DNA of 64,000 nucleotides from an uncultured bacterium (GCA_963726455.1 CAVSCK010000005.1:32001-96000), one strand, 5' to 3'; positions 28,675 to 39,076 are shown, counted from the first letter of the stretch. Translations and numbers: made by a program. The notes: generated from the letters alone by a model not told the origin.

Positions 28675-29517
28675 ATGTTGTACGATAGAAGTGAAGAGAA
28701 GAAGTTTAACATGGAGGATTGGCAATTTACGGGAATTGTCAATTTATGGACTATGCTGGACATATATGCTGCTAAATTCATAATGCTGCTAAAATTATTA
28801 GAGGTATTGTCCGATGAAGTATGGCTCAATCCTAATATACCAGAGGACGCCCGCCAAAAGAGGATTCGGGAAATACAAGACCAAATGGTTGAGACTATAC
28901 AGGTATTGGAAATTTTTGAAATGCCAGTATCAGTATTGCAGTGCAAGAAGATTACGAGGATATTAGACCTGGCCTGGCCGAGACCTGAGGAACCAGTCAT
29001 CCTCGATCTTCTATCTGATTTCCCGCGCGTTTCCGCTATGTTAAGGGAGATTATAATTGACGAACTGAGTAGCAAACAGTTTTACTTTGTAAGGTCTGAT
29101 CTTGCCAAATTCTACTTTGAAAATCAATTTTCAAAATCATCAATTCAGAAGTTTCCTTGTGCTATTTACGACATGGAAGAAGCTGGGAAATGCTTTGCCT
29201 TGGGACGTCACACGGCTTGTGCGAGTCATTTAATGAGAGTGATGGAGGTGGGGTTAAAAGAAATTGTTTCCACCTACAATCTTGTTCCTAATAAGCAAGA
29301 CTGGGGTGAGTATATAAGGGTAATCAAGGCATATTGTGAAATGAACAGGGAAGTCAAAACGGAATTGTTTGCCGTAGCAGATAGAATGGACTCGGTGAGA
29401 ATTGTCTGGCGAAATTCAACCATGCATGTGGAACGTCAGTATTCAGAGGAAGAAGCACTGGAAGTTTTTAACGCAGCGAAGAATCTAATGACAGTGATCT
29501 GTGAAACATTGGATTAG
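28675..29517 (+). CDS. HEPN-like (DUF4145/Abi-type) IS passenger protein
   Basis: DMEEAGKCFALGRHTACASHLMRVMEVGL and RxxxxH motif WRNSTMH followed by YSEEEALEVF; AT-rich. Confidence 0.75.
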   Translation: MLYDRSEEKKFNMEDWQFTGIVNLWTMLDIYAAKFIMLLKLLEVLSDEVWLNPNIPEDARQKRIREIQDQMVETIQVLEIFEMPVSVLQCKKITRILDLAWPRPEEPVILDLLSDFPRVSAMLREIIIDELSSKQFYFVRSDLAKFYFENQFSKSSIQKFPCAIYDMEEAGKCFALGRHTACASHLMRVMEVGLKEIVSTYNLVPNKQDWGEYIRVIKAYCEMNREVKTELFAVADRMDSVRIVWRNSTMHVERQYSEEEALEVFNAAKNLMTVICETLD

Positions 29518-29531
29518 GTCATCCACTCTTT

Positions 29532-29648
29532 TTACTTGTGTTTCGTTTTCGATGACTTCGTGATCCTTTTGTGTTTTGGTGGCACTTTAAGCAATGCCTC
29601 CACCAATGCTTCAAACTCAACTTTCTTCGGTTCCTTCTCCTTTGCCAT
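29532..29648 (-). CDS. small basic ORF overlapping transposase 3' end (MAKEKEPKKVEFEALVEALLKVPPKHKRITKSSKTKHK)
   Basis: GGGAG RBS, ATG 29648, 38 aa, amphipathic helix followed by a basic tail. Confidence 0.5.
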   Translation of the reverse strand: MAKEKEPKKVEFEALVEALLKVPPKHKRITKSSKTKHK

Positions 29649-30555
29649 TTACACTCTCCCTGTATAACAGTCGTTTTCCAGTGACGCCTCGCAACGCCAT
29701 GATGGTACGTTCGGCGTCGGTCAATTTCCGATGGTTGTATCGGAAGTCAAACTCTCCCACGTAGCGAAACAAGTGTCTAGCGTCTACGTGGTGAAAGGTT
29801 CCAACCAAACCACGCTTCAAGATACTAAAGAAGCCCTCAATAGTGTTAGTATGAATTTCGCCCCGGACATATTCGTCCCGACTATGGCGCACTACTTGAT
29901 GATCTGCAAAGTGTAACTCAATGTCTTTGTAGGCACCAAATTCATCAGTATAGATTCGTGTTGCCTTGTCAACCTGCTCCATTAAGATCGGCTTGAGTGT
30001 GGCTCCGCTAACGTGATTAACGTGGAACGATCTGACATTGCCGTCACGCTCAACCAGTGAGAATATCTTCTCTTTGTGCATGTAGCCCTGTCTGGGTTTC
30101 TTGATCTTCTTGCTGCGAGAATTACCCCAAAAGGTTTCGTCGGCTTCTACAATCACGCCATCACCACCAAGCTTGTTGGTAAAGGCAGTATCGCGCATGG
30201 CTTCGCGGATTCGATGCGTCATAAACCATGCGCTCTTGTAGGTGATGCCCAACGTCCGATGTAGCTGATGGCTGCTCATTCCCTTTTTCGATGAACACAT
30301 AAGATAGACCGCAAGCAGCCACTTGTGGAGCGGTATCTTACTGCCCTCGAAGATTGTGCCGACAGTGACAGTGAATTGCTCTCGGCACCCGGCGCATTTC
30401 CATAAGCCCTTGCGTGTGGACTTGCCCTTTAGTTTGTAGTGCTTGCCGATAGCCCCACAGTGCGGACAGATAACACCGTTATACCATCGGACTGCCTCAA
30501 GAAACTTTCTGGCTTTGTCCTCGTTCTGGAATTGTGGTTGTATGATTGCTGACAT
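29617..30555 (-). CDS. IS1595 family transposase
   Basis: Zn ribbon CPHC...CAGC, TVGTIFEGSKIPLHKW, VEADETFWG, IYTDE, HTNTIEGFFSILKR, EFDFRYN. Confidence 0.97.
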   Translation of the reverse strand: MSAIIQPQFQNEDKARKFLEAVRWYNGVICPHCGAIGKHYKLKGKSTRKGLWKCAGCREQFTVTVGTIFEGSKIPLHKWLLAVYLMCSSKKGMSSHQLHRTLGITYKSAWFMTHRIREAMRDTAFTNKLGGDGVIVEADETFWGNSRSKKIKKPRQGYMHKEKIFSLVERDGNVRSFHVNHVSGATLKPILMEQVDKATRIYTDEFGAYKDIELHFADHQVVRHSRDEYVRGEIHTNTIEGFFSILKRGLVGTFHHVDARHLFRYVGEFDFRYNHRKLTDAERTIMALRGVTGKRLLYRESVNGKGEGTEES

Positions 30556-30641
30556 TGGTTGCTCCTTTCTGCCAGCAATATAATACAGGGGTTTGGGTTT
30601 GTCAAGTATATAATTTCCCTCTCAAGAGGGGAATAACCCGT

Positions 30642-30672
30642 GTAGGAGGGCGAGCCGACGGCTCGTCCCTAC
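30642..30672. repeat. GTAG-type REP-like palindrome overlapping rng stop
   Basis: GTAGGAGGGCGAGCC-GAC-GGCTCGTCCCTAC. Confidence 0.6.
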
Positions 30673-32219
30673 TTGGCGGTTTGATACAAGGCCGTGACGT
30701 CAACGTCCTGTTCGGCGTTGATGATCTTGTATTCGTCGGGCGACAGTGATTCATCCGCGATCACGTCGATTTTGAAACGGTGTGCTTTCTCGATTTCGCG
30801 GATGCGGTCGACCTCGGAGTTGCGCATGAATTTCGCCATTTCCGGATCGAAATGGATTGCATACTTGCGGCCGGCCTTGGCCACGTGCGCGCGCATAAAC
30901 CAGCGCTCCAACTTCATCGCGACGGTTTCTTTGGACTGGATACGTCCAAAGCCGTGACAGGTCGGACAGGAATCGGACAGTGTATACATGATCGACGGTT
31001 TGGTGCGTTCGCGCGTCATTTCGATCAGCCCGAATTCACTGACCGGCAGAATCGAATTCTTGGCGCGGTCGTTGTTGAAACAGCGGCGGAACTCGTCATA
31101 GAGAATCCGGCGATTTTGATGGCTGTACATATCGATAAAGTCAATGATCAACAAGCCGCCGATGTCGCGCAGACGAATCTGGCGCGCCGCTTCGCGCGCG
31201 GATTCGAGATTGGTCTGCAAGATCATATTCTCCGGATCGTTCTTGCCGACGAAGCGCCCTGAGTTGACGTCGATAGTCACCAACGCCTCGGTCTGATCGA
31301 TCACTATGTAAGCGCCCTTCTTGACCCAGACCTTGCGGTCCAGCATCTTGTCGATTTCCGGCTCGATTCCGAAAGTATCGAAGACAGGAATGTGGCTGTC
31401 GTAAAGCTCGACGCGGTTGCGCAATTCGGGATCGATCGAACGGACGTACTTGAGAATCTCCTTGTAAGTGCCCTTATCGTCGACGACAAACCGGTTCACA
31501 TCGGTCGTAAACACGTCGCGGATCACCGAGGAAGTCATTGATTCTTCTTTGTGCAATAGTGTTCCGGGGCGGGAGTTGTCGGCTTTGCGTTTGATTTTCG
31601 CCCAGATTTTGCAGAGACGGCGGATGTCGTTCTTGAATTCCTTTTCCGTGCGTCCCTCGCCCTCGGTGCGCACGATGATGCCGACGCCTTCGGGTTTGAC
31701 ATCATATACCAAACGACGCAAGCGGCGGCGCTCGGCGAAATTCGTAATCTTCTTGGAGACGCGAATATAGTTCGAGCCGGGGGCCAATACCGAAAAACGG
31801 CCGGGCAGCGAGAGGTCGGTGGTTACGCGCGGCCCTTTGGTACCGATCGGTTCTTTGATGATCTGTACCGCGATTTCCTGATCGACCGACAGGATGGCGT
31901 CGATGTTCTCGAAACGGTGCTTGCGCACGATTTCGGCGTTGACATCATCCTCATCGGCATCGATATCGTAACGGGCGCTGCCCGATTCGGAGGAAAGCCC
32001 GATATCGGAAACGTGCAGGAAGGCGGCTTTTTCCATGCCGATTTCGATAAAGGCCGCCTGCATTCCGGGGACAATGGCGGTGACTTTACCTTTGTACATG
32101 TCGCCGACCATGCGTTCGTCTTCCGGCCGTTCCACATGGAGTTCGACCAGTTTTTCGTCCTCGAGCACGGCTATTCGAATTTCGTGCTCGCCGACATTGA
32201 CGACGATTTCTTTTTTCAC
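30669..32219 (-). CDS. rng: ribonuclease E/G family
   Basis: GMQAAFIEIG, QIIKEPIGTKGPRVT, IDVNSGRF, RQIRLRDIGGLLIIDFIDM, CPTCHG. Confidence 0.96.
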   Translation of the reverse strand: MKKEIVVNVGEHEIRIAVLEDEKLVELHVERPEDERMVGDMYKGKVTAIVPGMQAAFIEIGMEKAAFLHVSDIGLSSESGSARYDIDADEDDVNAEIVRKHRFENIDAILSVDQEIAVQIIKEPIGTKGPRVTTDLSLPGRFSVLAPGSNYIRVSKKITNFAERRRLRRLVYDVKPEGVGIIVRTEGEGRTEKEFKNDIRRLCKIWAKIKRKADNSRPGTLLHKEESMTSSVIRDVFTTDVNRFVVDDKGTYKEILKYVRSIDPELRNRVELYDSHIPVFDTFGIEPEIDKMLDRKVWVKKGAYIVIDQTEALVTIDVNSGRFVGKNDPENMILQTNLESAREAARQIRLRDIGGLLIIDFIDMYSHQNRRILYDEFRRCFNNDRAKNSILPVSEFGLIEMTRERTKPSIMYTLSDSCPTCHGFGRIQSKETVAMKLERWFMRAHVAKAGRKYAIHFDPEMAKFMRNSEVDRIREIEKAHRFKIDVIADESLSPDEYKIINAEQDVDVTALYQTAK

Positions 32220-32240
32220 AATGTTGCTCCTGATGTTAAA

Positions 32241-33179
32241 TCAGGATGCGGTAAGCTTCGTTCCGGTGGGAATCCGTAAACCGTTCAGAAAGGCCTGTGC
32301 GTCCATTCGCTTTTTCCCCTCGAGGCAGACCTCCAATAGTCTGACCGCGCCCGATCCTGCGGCGACGATAAGTCCAGTGGACTTGTCCGCTGCAACAATC
32401 TTGCCCGGAGGCGCGACGCCATCCGCAAGATCAGTTAATGACGCCCGCAGAATTTTCAGCCGCCTGCCATCGAGATAGGTGAAGGCATCGGCTGAACCGG
32501 CCAAACCGCGAATCTGATTTACGATTTGCGCGGCCGGTCTGTTCCAGTCGATCGGGCTGTCATCGGGCGTGATTTTGGGCGCTGCCGAGGCAAGAGAATC
32601 ATCCTGCCGGGCAGGGGAAATGGAGCCATTTTCCAAACGGTCGAGAGTTTCCACCAGGAGTTCGGCGCCAATGTTCGCCAGTCGTGGGTAGAGATCCTCG
32701 TAAGTTTCGTGAGGATCGATCACCACCTCGCGCGATAACAACAGGTTGCCGGTGTCGACTGATTTGGCAATTTGGAAAGTCGTCACACCGGTTGAAGTGG
32801 CGCCCGCCATAAGCGCCCGCTCGATGGGAGCGGCGCCGCGGAAACGAGGCAAGAGGGAGGCGTGCAGGTTTATCGCGCCGAAGCGCGGCAAGGCAAAAAG
32901 CTTTTCCGGCAGGATTCTAAAGGCGACCACGCAGAACAAGTCTGCACCAATGTCGCCGACACGTTTCAAGAACCCCGCGTCTTTCAAGTTTTCCGGCTGC
33001 ATGACCTCCAAATTTCGCTTGAGGGCGTATTCCTTGACCTCGGACATCGCCACTTGTCTTCCTCTCCCTTTGGGTTTGTCCGGTGTCGTAACCACCGCTT
33101 CAACCTTATGCCGGGAGTTCAGAAGGCGTTCGAGCGCGATCTGTGCGAATTTTGGTGTACCGAAGAAGATCAACCGCAT
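32241..33179 (-). CDS. fmt: methionyl-tRNA formyltransferase
   Basis: FFGTPKFA, PDKPKGRG, INLHASLLPRFRGAAPI. Confidence 0.98.
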   Translation of the reverse strand: MRLIFFGTPKFAQIALERLLNSRHKVEAVVTTPDKPKGRGRQVAMSEVKEYALKRNLEVMQPENLKDAGFLKRVGDIGADLFCVVAFRILPEKLFALPRFGAINLHASLLPRFRGAAPIERALMAGATSTGVTTFQIAKSVDTGNLLLSREVVIDPHETYEDLYPRLANIGAELLVETLDRLENGSISPARQDDSLASAAPKITPDDSPIDWNRPAAQIVNQIRGLAGSADAFTYLDGRRLKILRASLTDLADGVAPPGKIVAADKSTGLIVAAGSGAVRLLEVCLEGKKRMDAQAFLNGLRIPTGTKLTAS

Positions 33180-33195
33180 CCAATGGTTAATATAT

Positions 33196-33699
33196 TTATG
33201 AAACCTTTATTTTTTTCAACTTGCCGGCGATCATTTCCCGATCGGCGGCGTTAATGTAATCGATAAACAACTTACCGTCCAAATGGTCGGTCTCGTGCGA
33301 GATCGCGCGAGCAATCAAACCCTCGGCCGTCACCGACCGTCTCTTACCATCGAGATCGGTGTAACGGCAGGTCACTTTGTTGGGGCGCGCGATGTCCAGG
33401 TAGAGACCCGGAAACGACAGACAGCCCTCTTCGCCGGTTTGCTCGCCCGAGGTCGAGACGATCTCGGGATTGATCAGCACCAAGCTATCAAAGTCGAGCG
33501 AAGACGAGGAAAGGTCAAGAATAAAGAATCTTTCATTTCGACCGACCTGCGGCGCAGATAGTCCGAGTCCCTTTGCGCGCCGGAGGGTTTTGAACATCTC
33601 CTCGATAAAAGCGCGCAGTTCGGAAGTGATCTCACCGACCGGCGTTGACACTTTTCTCAGTATCGGATCGCCGTAAAGAACTATCTGCTGTTTGGGCAC
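33196..33699 (-). CDS. def: peptide deformylase
   Basis: GLGLSAPQVG, EGCLS, HETDHLDG. Confidence 0.98.
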   Translation of the reverse strand: MPKQQIVLYGDPILRKVSTPVGEITSELRAFIEEMFKTLRRAKGLGLSAPQVGRNERFFILDLSSSSLDFDSLVLINPEIVSTSGEQTGEEGCLSFPGLYLDIARPNKVTCRYTDLDGKRRSVTAEGLIARAISHETDHLDGKLFIDYINAADREMIAGKLKKIKVS

Positions 33700-33700
33700 A

Positions 33701-34015
33701 CTAACTTACTTTCTGTGCAATCGCGGACTTAAGGAACTCCATTTTGACTTCATCGGAAATCTTCAGGATTACTTTATTTTCATCATCGCTGAAGCCAAAG
33801 ACGGTGGCGTACATTCCGCCGGTGGTTAAGACCTTGTCGCCTTTCTTCAGATCGCCGAGCATTCTTTGATGTTCCTTCTGCCGTTTCTGCTGAGGCCGGA
33901 TCATGAAAAAGTAAACGACCAGAATAATCAGAACGAACGGGAGAAACATGCCTATCAGGCCGCTCCCGCCACCACTCTGCGCCCCCTGCGGCGCCGCCAT
34001 CAACAAGAAACCCAT
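33701..34015 (-). CDS. yajC: preprotein translocase subunit YajC
   Basis: YFFMIRPQQKRQKEH...LKKGDKVLTTGG. Confidence 0.97.
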   Translation of the reverse strand: MGFLLMAAPQGAQSGGGSGLIGMFLPFVLIILVVYFFMIRPQQKRQKEHQRMLGDLKKGDKVLTTGGMYATVFGFSDDENKVILKISDEVKMEFLKSAIAQKVS

Positions 34016-35170
<1,155 letters not shown>

Positions 35171-35354
35171 TCAATATAGTCTTATCTTCTCAACAATCAA
35201 GGAGCATCGATTTCGACAGGCGCCTTCCTCAGAGACTATTAGTAAAGTGAAGGATTGCACAACGTTTGATCTATTAGTAAGTTTCGGCACAACGACAGCG
35301 AGAACTGTCGGCGCTTGAAACTTGTGCATGCGGGGACAAAAAGAAGGGAGCAAC

Positions 35355-36002
35355 ATGAAGAGGATATTCGAGCAATTGGTGCTTGCGGGTCTTATGGCGG
35401 TGGTCATCATGGCGGGTATTACCCAGACCGCGGCTGCAGGAAAGATTCGCGCCGGCGCTAAAGCCGGGGCCGGGTTCGCAACCTTGACCAGCGGCGAATT
35501 GCAGGCATTCGACTGGCGGCTGGGATTGTCCGGCGGTGCATTTGTAAATATTCCGCTGACCCATGGCTTGTCAATTCAACCGGAGTTGACCTATGCCCAG
35601 AAGGGGGCGAAGCAAACGACCTTTTGTAACGGCACCTGGACGGAATTTACTGCCAAGCTCGATTATGTCGAGGCACCGGTTCTACTGGTGATGGCTTTGA
35701 CTGACCAGGGAAACATTACGCCGCGGGTGTTCGCGGGTCCGGCGCTGGCGTTCAAGGTGTCGTTCAAGGAAGAAGCTAGCAACCAATTCGGTTCGTCGAC
35801 CGTTGAATTCAAGGGGTTGCACAGCAGCGAATTCTGCCTGATCATTGGGATGGGAATGGATTTTCGGGTTGGTTTCGGAATTCTGTCTCTGGAAGGAAGG
35901 CTAACGCCGAGTTTGAGGACAATTCGGCAGGCAATCCCCGATCTCGATCAGAAAAATGTTAATGTATCTTTGCTCATAGGTTTTTCTCCCAGCAGCCGAT
36001 AA
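35355..36002 (+). CDS. outer-membrane beta-barrel protein (PorT-like/porin family)
   Basis: Signal peptide; AGAKAG, SIQPELTYAQKG, LDYVEAPVL, FAGP. Confidence 0.85.
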   Translation: MKRIFEQLVLAGLMAVVIMAGITQTAAAGKIRAGAKAGAGFATLTSGELQAFDWRLGLSGGAFVNIPLTHGLSIQPELTYAQKGAKQTTFCNGTWTEFTAKLDYVEAPVLLVMALTDQGNITPRVFAGPALAFKVSFKEEASNQFGSSTVEFKGLHSSEFCLIIGMGMDFRVGFGILSLEGRLTPSLRTIRQAIPDLDQKNVNVSLLIGFSPSSR

Positions 36003-36239
36003 TTAAGAGTGTGGTGGCAACGGCCACCTCAGATCAGTGTTCCGGCTTCGGCTGACACAATGCTCGTCGGTTTGGACGCCGGACCCCTATCGGTCTCGTC
36101 GTCGGCGGCTTGAAATGCTCCCGATACAGAGGAAAGAGGGCTATACAAAGTACCTTGCTTTTTGGTGTGTTTTTTGTATGTTTTTGGTAACGCAAACATA
36201 TCTTTTTGCTGTCGTTAGTTTAACACCGGGGAGGTTTTG

Positions 36240-38423
36240 ATGAAGCTTAATCGCTATTGGAATTTTGTACTGGCGGTGGTGGCAATGTCGTGTCTATCAC
36301 CGGCTGCTAATTGCCTGACGTTCACTGATGGCTTTAGCAATCTCGATAACTGGACTTTGTACGGCACGCCGACGCCGCAACGGCTGGCGTCGATTCATGG
36401 CAAAACTGGAGTTTTCGACAACAACGGTGATGGCACCGATAAGAGCGGCGCTATCTCTGTCAAGACATTCGGTTTGACGGGTGGCTTTACGATTACGTCG
36501 CAGGTGTATCTCGATTTCACCGACACTACTTTGTGCAACGGTGCTGCTTCGATCGGTATCGCCAATCCGACGCTACAGGCATGGGGCGGTTACGATCCTT
36601 ATGTATACTTCAGCATCGGAGGCATGGGTGTGGCCTGCACTTCGATTGCCGAGTCACTGCGCGGTCACGCCTACTTCTTCGGCGAGTTCCAGTCGACCAC
36701 CGGCAAAGAGACTTTCGAACCGAACGAAGGCGATCCCAGTATGTTCCTGGCGGACACCTACAAGAACACCTGGGTCACTCTGAAAATTGAAGTCTCAGCG
36801 GCGTCAGTGATCAAGTTTTACGTGGACACGGTTCTTGTCTATACCGGAGCGCATAATCTTTCCAATACGATCGCTACCGGAGCCTATCCGCTGTGGATCG
36901 GTTCATCGTCTGACGGCGCCGGCGACAAGGCCTATCACGATAGTCTGACTCTGGTGGCAAGCTGCGATCCACCGGTGGCACCGACTCTGAGTAGCCCTGC
37001 CAATGCTGCGGTGGTCTGCAACACCCTGGTTCAGTTTGTGTGGGGCGATGTAACCGGCGCGACTTACTATCAGTTGCAGGTGGACAACAACTCGAATTTT
37101 GGCAGTCCGGAATCGGATCTGCAGTTCACTCCGCCTACGCATTCGGTGTCAATCGTCAAGTCCGATGACTGCCTGCCGCAATATTGGCGGGTGCGCGCCA
37201 AAAACGGCTGTAATTGGGGCGACTGGAGTTCCACGCGAACCGTAACCGTCTGCAGCAGTCCGGCAGTGCCGACTCTGGCAACTCCGGACAGTGGTGTGAC
37301 CAATGTGACGCAGCCGATCGTTCTTGACTGGAGCGACGTTGACGGCATCACCTATTATGACCTGGAGCTGGACACTTCGGCCAGTTTCGCAACACCTGTA
37401 CATTATCAACCGACCGTGTCGATCGATACAATTTCGCAGCTCGCCGGCAGCACCGACTATTACTGGCGTGTGCGTGCCCACAACGGTTGCGCCAACAGTT
37501 TGTTTAGTGAAGTGCACGGATTTACGACCGAGGTCTGCAATTTGCCGGTGGTGGCAACATTGTTCGCACCGGGCGACGCCGACTCCGCCGTAATTCAGCC
37601 GGTCGATCTCTACTGGTCCACTACGGCAGAGGCGACCTGGTATCAGGTCCAGGTCGACACCGCCGCCAACTTTGCGACCATCATTGACAGCACTTCCCTC
37701 GCCGACACGACTCTGCAACTGTCAGGATTGGCGGGTCGCTCCGTCTACTACTGGCGGGTGCGTGGGGCCAACGGTTGCGGGTTCGGTGATTGGAGCGATA
37801 CCATTTGGTTCAAGACGTGTTATATGTCGGCGGTAGCCAACTTGACCGCGCCGGTGGACGGCGATACGATTGATCCCAAACCGATTGCATTTGATTGGGA
37901 CAATGTCGCGGGAGCCAGCAAGTATCGTTTCCAGGTGGATGACACGATCAGCTTTGCGCATCCGATAATCAGTGAACAGTTGGTGGCCTCTCAATTCGGC
38001 ACCTACGATCTCGACTACGAGACCAAGTACTATTGGCGGGTTCAGGCCTATGATACCTGCGGTTGGGGTGATTGGACTCCGGTGCGATCTTGTTCAACGA
38101 TTACGTCCCTGCTCGTCGGCGTACACGATGAAACCAATTTGCCGACGGAATTCGCGTTGTCACAGAATTATCCGAATCCGTTTAATCCGACAACGGTGAT
38201 CGAGTTCGCGCTGCCCAAGACCTGCCAGGTCAGTTTGGATGTTTTCGACATCATCGGCCGCAAGGTGCGGACGCTGGTCGCCGGCACTTTGACGGCAGGC
38301 CGACGGCAGGTGATCTGGGACGGCAGCAACACTGATGGTTCGGCGATGGCGTCAGGAGTCTACTTCTACCGGATAAAGGCGGGCGACTACAACGAGACCC
38401 GCAAAATGCTGCTGTTGAAATAG
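36240..38423 (+). CDS. secreted protein: lectin-like N-domain + four FN3-like repeats + T9SS type A/FlgD-like C-terminal domain
   Basis: Repeated YQLQVD...YYWRVRAxNGC; LSQNYPNPFNPTT...WDG...ASGVYFYRI...RKMLLLK. Confidence 0.9.
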   Translation: MKLNRYWNFVLAVVAMSCLSPAANCLTFTDGFSNLDNWTLYGTPTPQRLASIHGKTGVFDNNGDGTDKSGAISVKTFGLTGGFTITSQVYLDFTDTTLCNGAASIGIANPTLQAWGGYDPYVYFSIGGMGVACTSIAESLRGHAYFFGEFQSTTGKETFEPNEGDPSMFLADTYKNTWVTLKIEVSAASVIKFYVDTVLVYTGAHNLSNTIATGAYPLWIGSSSDGAGDKAYHDSLTLVASCDPPVAPTLSSPANAAVVCNTLVQFVWGDVTGATYYQLQVDNNSNFGSPESDLQFTPPTHSVSIVKSDDCLPQYWRVRAKNGCNWGDWSSTRTVTVCSSPAVPTLATPDSGVTNVTQPIVLDWSDVDGITYYDLELDTSASFATPVHYQPTVSIDTISQLAGSTDYYWRVRAHNGCANSLFSEVHGFTTEVCNLPVVATLFAPGDADSAVIQPVDLYWSTTAEATWYQVQVDTAANFATIIDSTSLADTTLQLSGLAGRSVYYWRVRGANGCGFGDWSDTIWFKTCYMSAVANLTAPVDGDTIDPKPIAFDWDNVAGASKYRFQVDDTISFAHPIISEQLVASQFGTYDLDYETKYYWRVQAYDTCGWGDWTPVRSCSTITSLLVGVHDETNLPTEFALSQNYPNPFNPTTVIEFALPKTCQVSLDVFDIIGRKVRTLVAGTLTAGRRQVIWDGSNTDGSAMASGVYFYRIKAGDYNETRKMLLLK

Positions 38424-38480
38424 CAGGATTGCGGCGCGTGAGCATCAGAGTCACGTGGCTTGATTCCTAGATTAAGGTAC

Positions 38481-38518
38481 AAAAGCCCCTGCCGCGTCCG
38501 CGGCAGGGGCTTATTTTT
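38481..38518 (+). terminator. intrinsic terminator
   Basis: AAGCCCCTGCCGCG-TC-CGCGGCAGGGGCTT followed by ATTTTT. Confidence 0.85.
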
Positions 38519-38822
38519 GTCACCGGCAGACGCATTGACGAGGGCACCAATAAACCCCACTAAATCGCACCGAATGGCGTGGTTTTGCTCGGCCCCAGCC
38601 GGAATCCTGAGTGAGGAGGCCACGCGGTTTGCTACTAAAGGCACAAGCGTTTAAACTTATGAACTCAAACTCGGAGTCGGTAGGTGTGAGCAGAGGCGCT
38701 CGCGACCTCTCTGCCATGCCAAGTGTAAGACCATGACATACAATCTATTACGTGAATTGTTGGATTAGAATTCCGGTCTGCAAGATGGTCTGAATGTCGA
38801 TAAAAAAATTCGCAAAAAAATG

Positions 38823-38850
38823 TTGACAAGCGTATAGTGTCCGATATATT
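38823..38850 (+). promoter_or_regulatory. sigma70-like promoter
   Basis: TTGACA-16 nt-TATATT with upstream A-tracts (UP-like). Confidence 0.6.
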
Positions 38851-38856
38851 AGTCGG

Positions 38857-39039
38857 CTTCAAGAAGGGATTATGCGGAGGTTGCGGCCACATACAGTTCG
38901 GTACGTGACCAAAAAGGTAAGCGAAAGGAAAGCACGGATTCAGAGAGAGTCCGTTATTGGTAAGAAAACTAAACAGAAACACGAATTGACCTGTGCGGGA
39001 TGGGTGTAAGCTTCGAAGCTTTCGCGTGTCCTTTTTTTT
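38857..39039 (+). ncRNA. candidate structured leader RNA / sRNA with terminator and alternative pairing
   Basis: Hand-folded nested helices; hairpin + U8 at 38998-39039 whose 3' arm also pairs with 38861-38880. Confidence 0.5.
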
Positions 39040-39076
39040 CACCCCTCACAAGCAGGCCCAGAAAGGATGTCACAGT

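Larger units (their letters stand above)
28118..30618. mobile_element. complete IS1595-family element with passenger genes
   Basis: Imperfect TIRs GGGAATCATATACAAAACAAACCCGAAC and (rc) GGAAATTATATACTTGACAAACCCAAAC; 8-bp TSD CTCTCAAG at 28110-28117 and 30619-30626; lower GC. Confidence 0.93.

Noticed and set aside
1-30618. Prophage interpretation of PAAR, fibre-like and HEPN genes
   Set aside because: No integrase, terminase, capsid or tail structural genes in the window.
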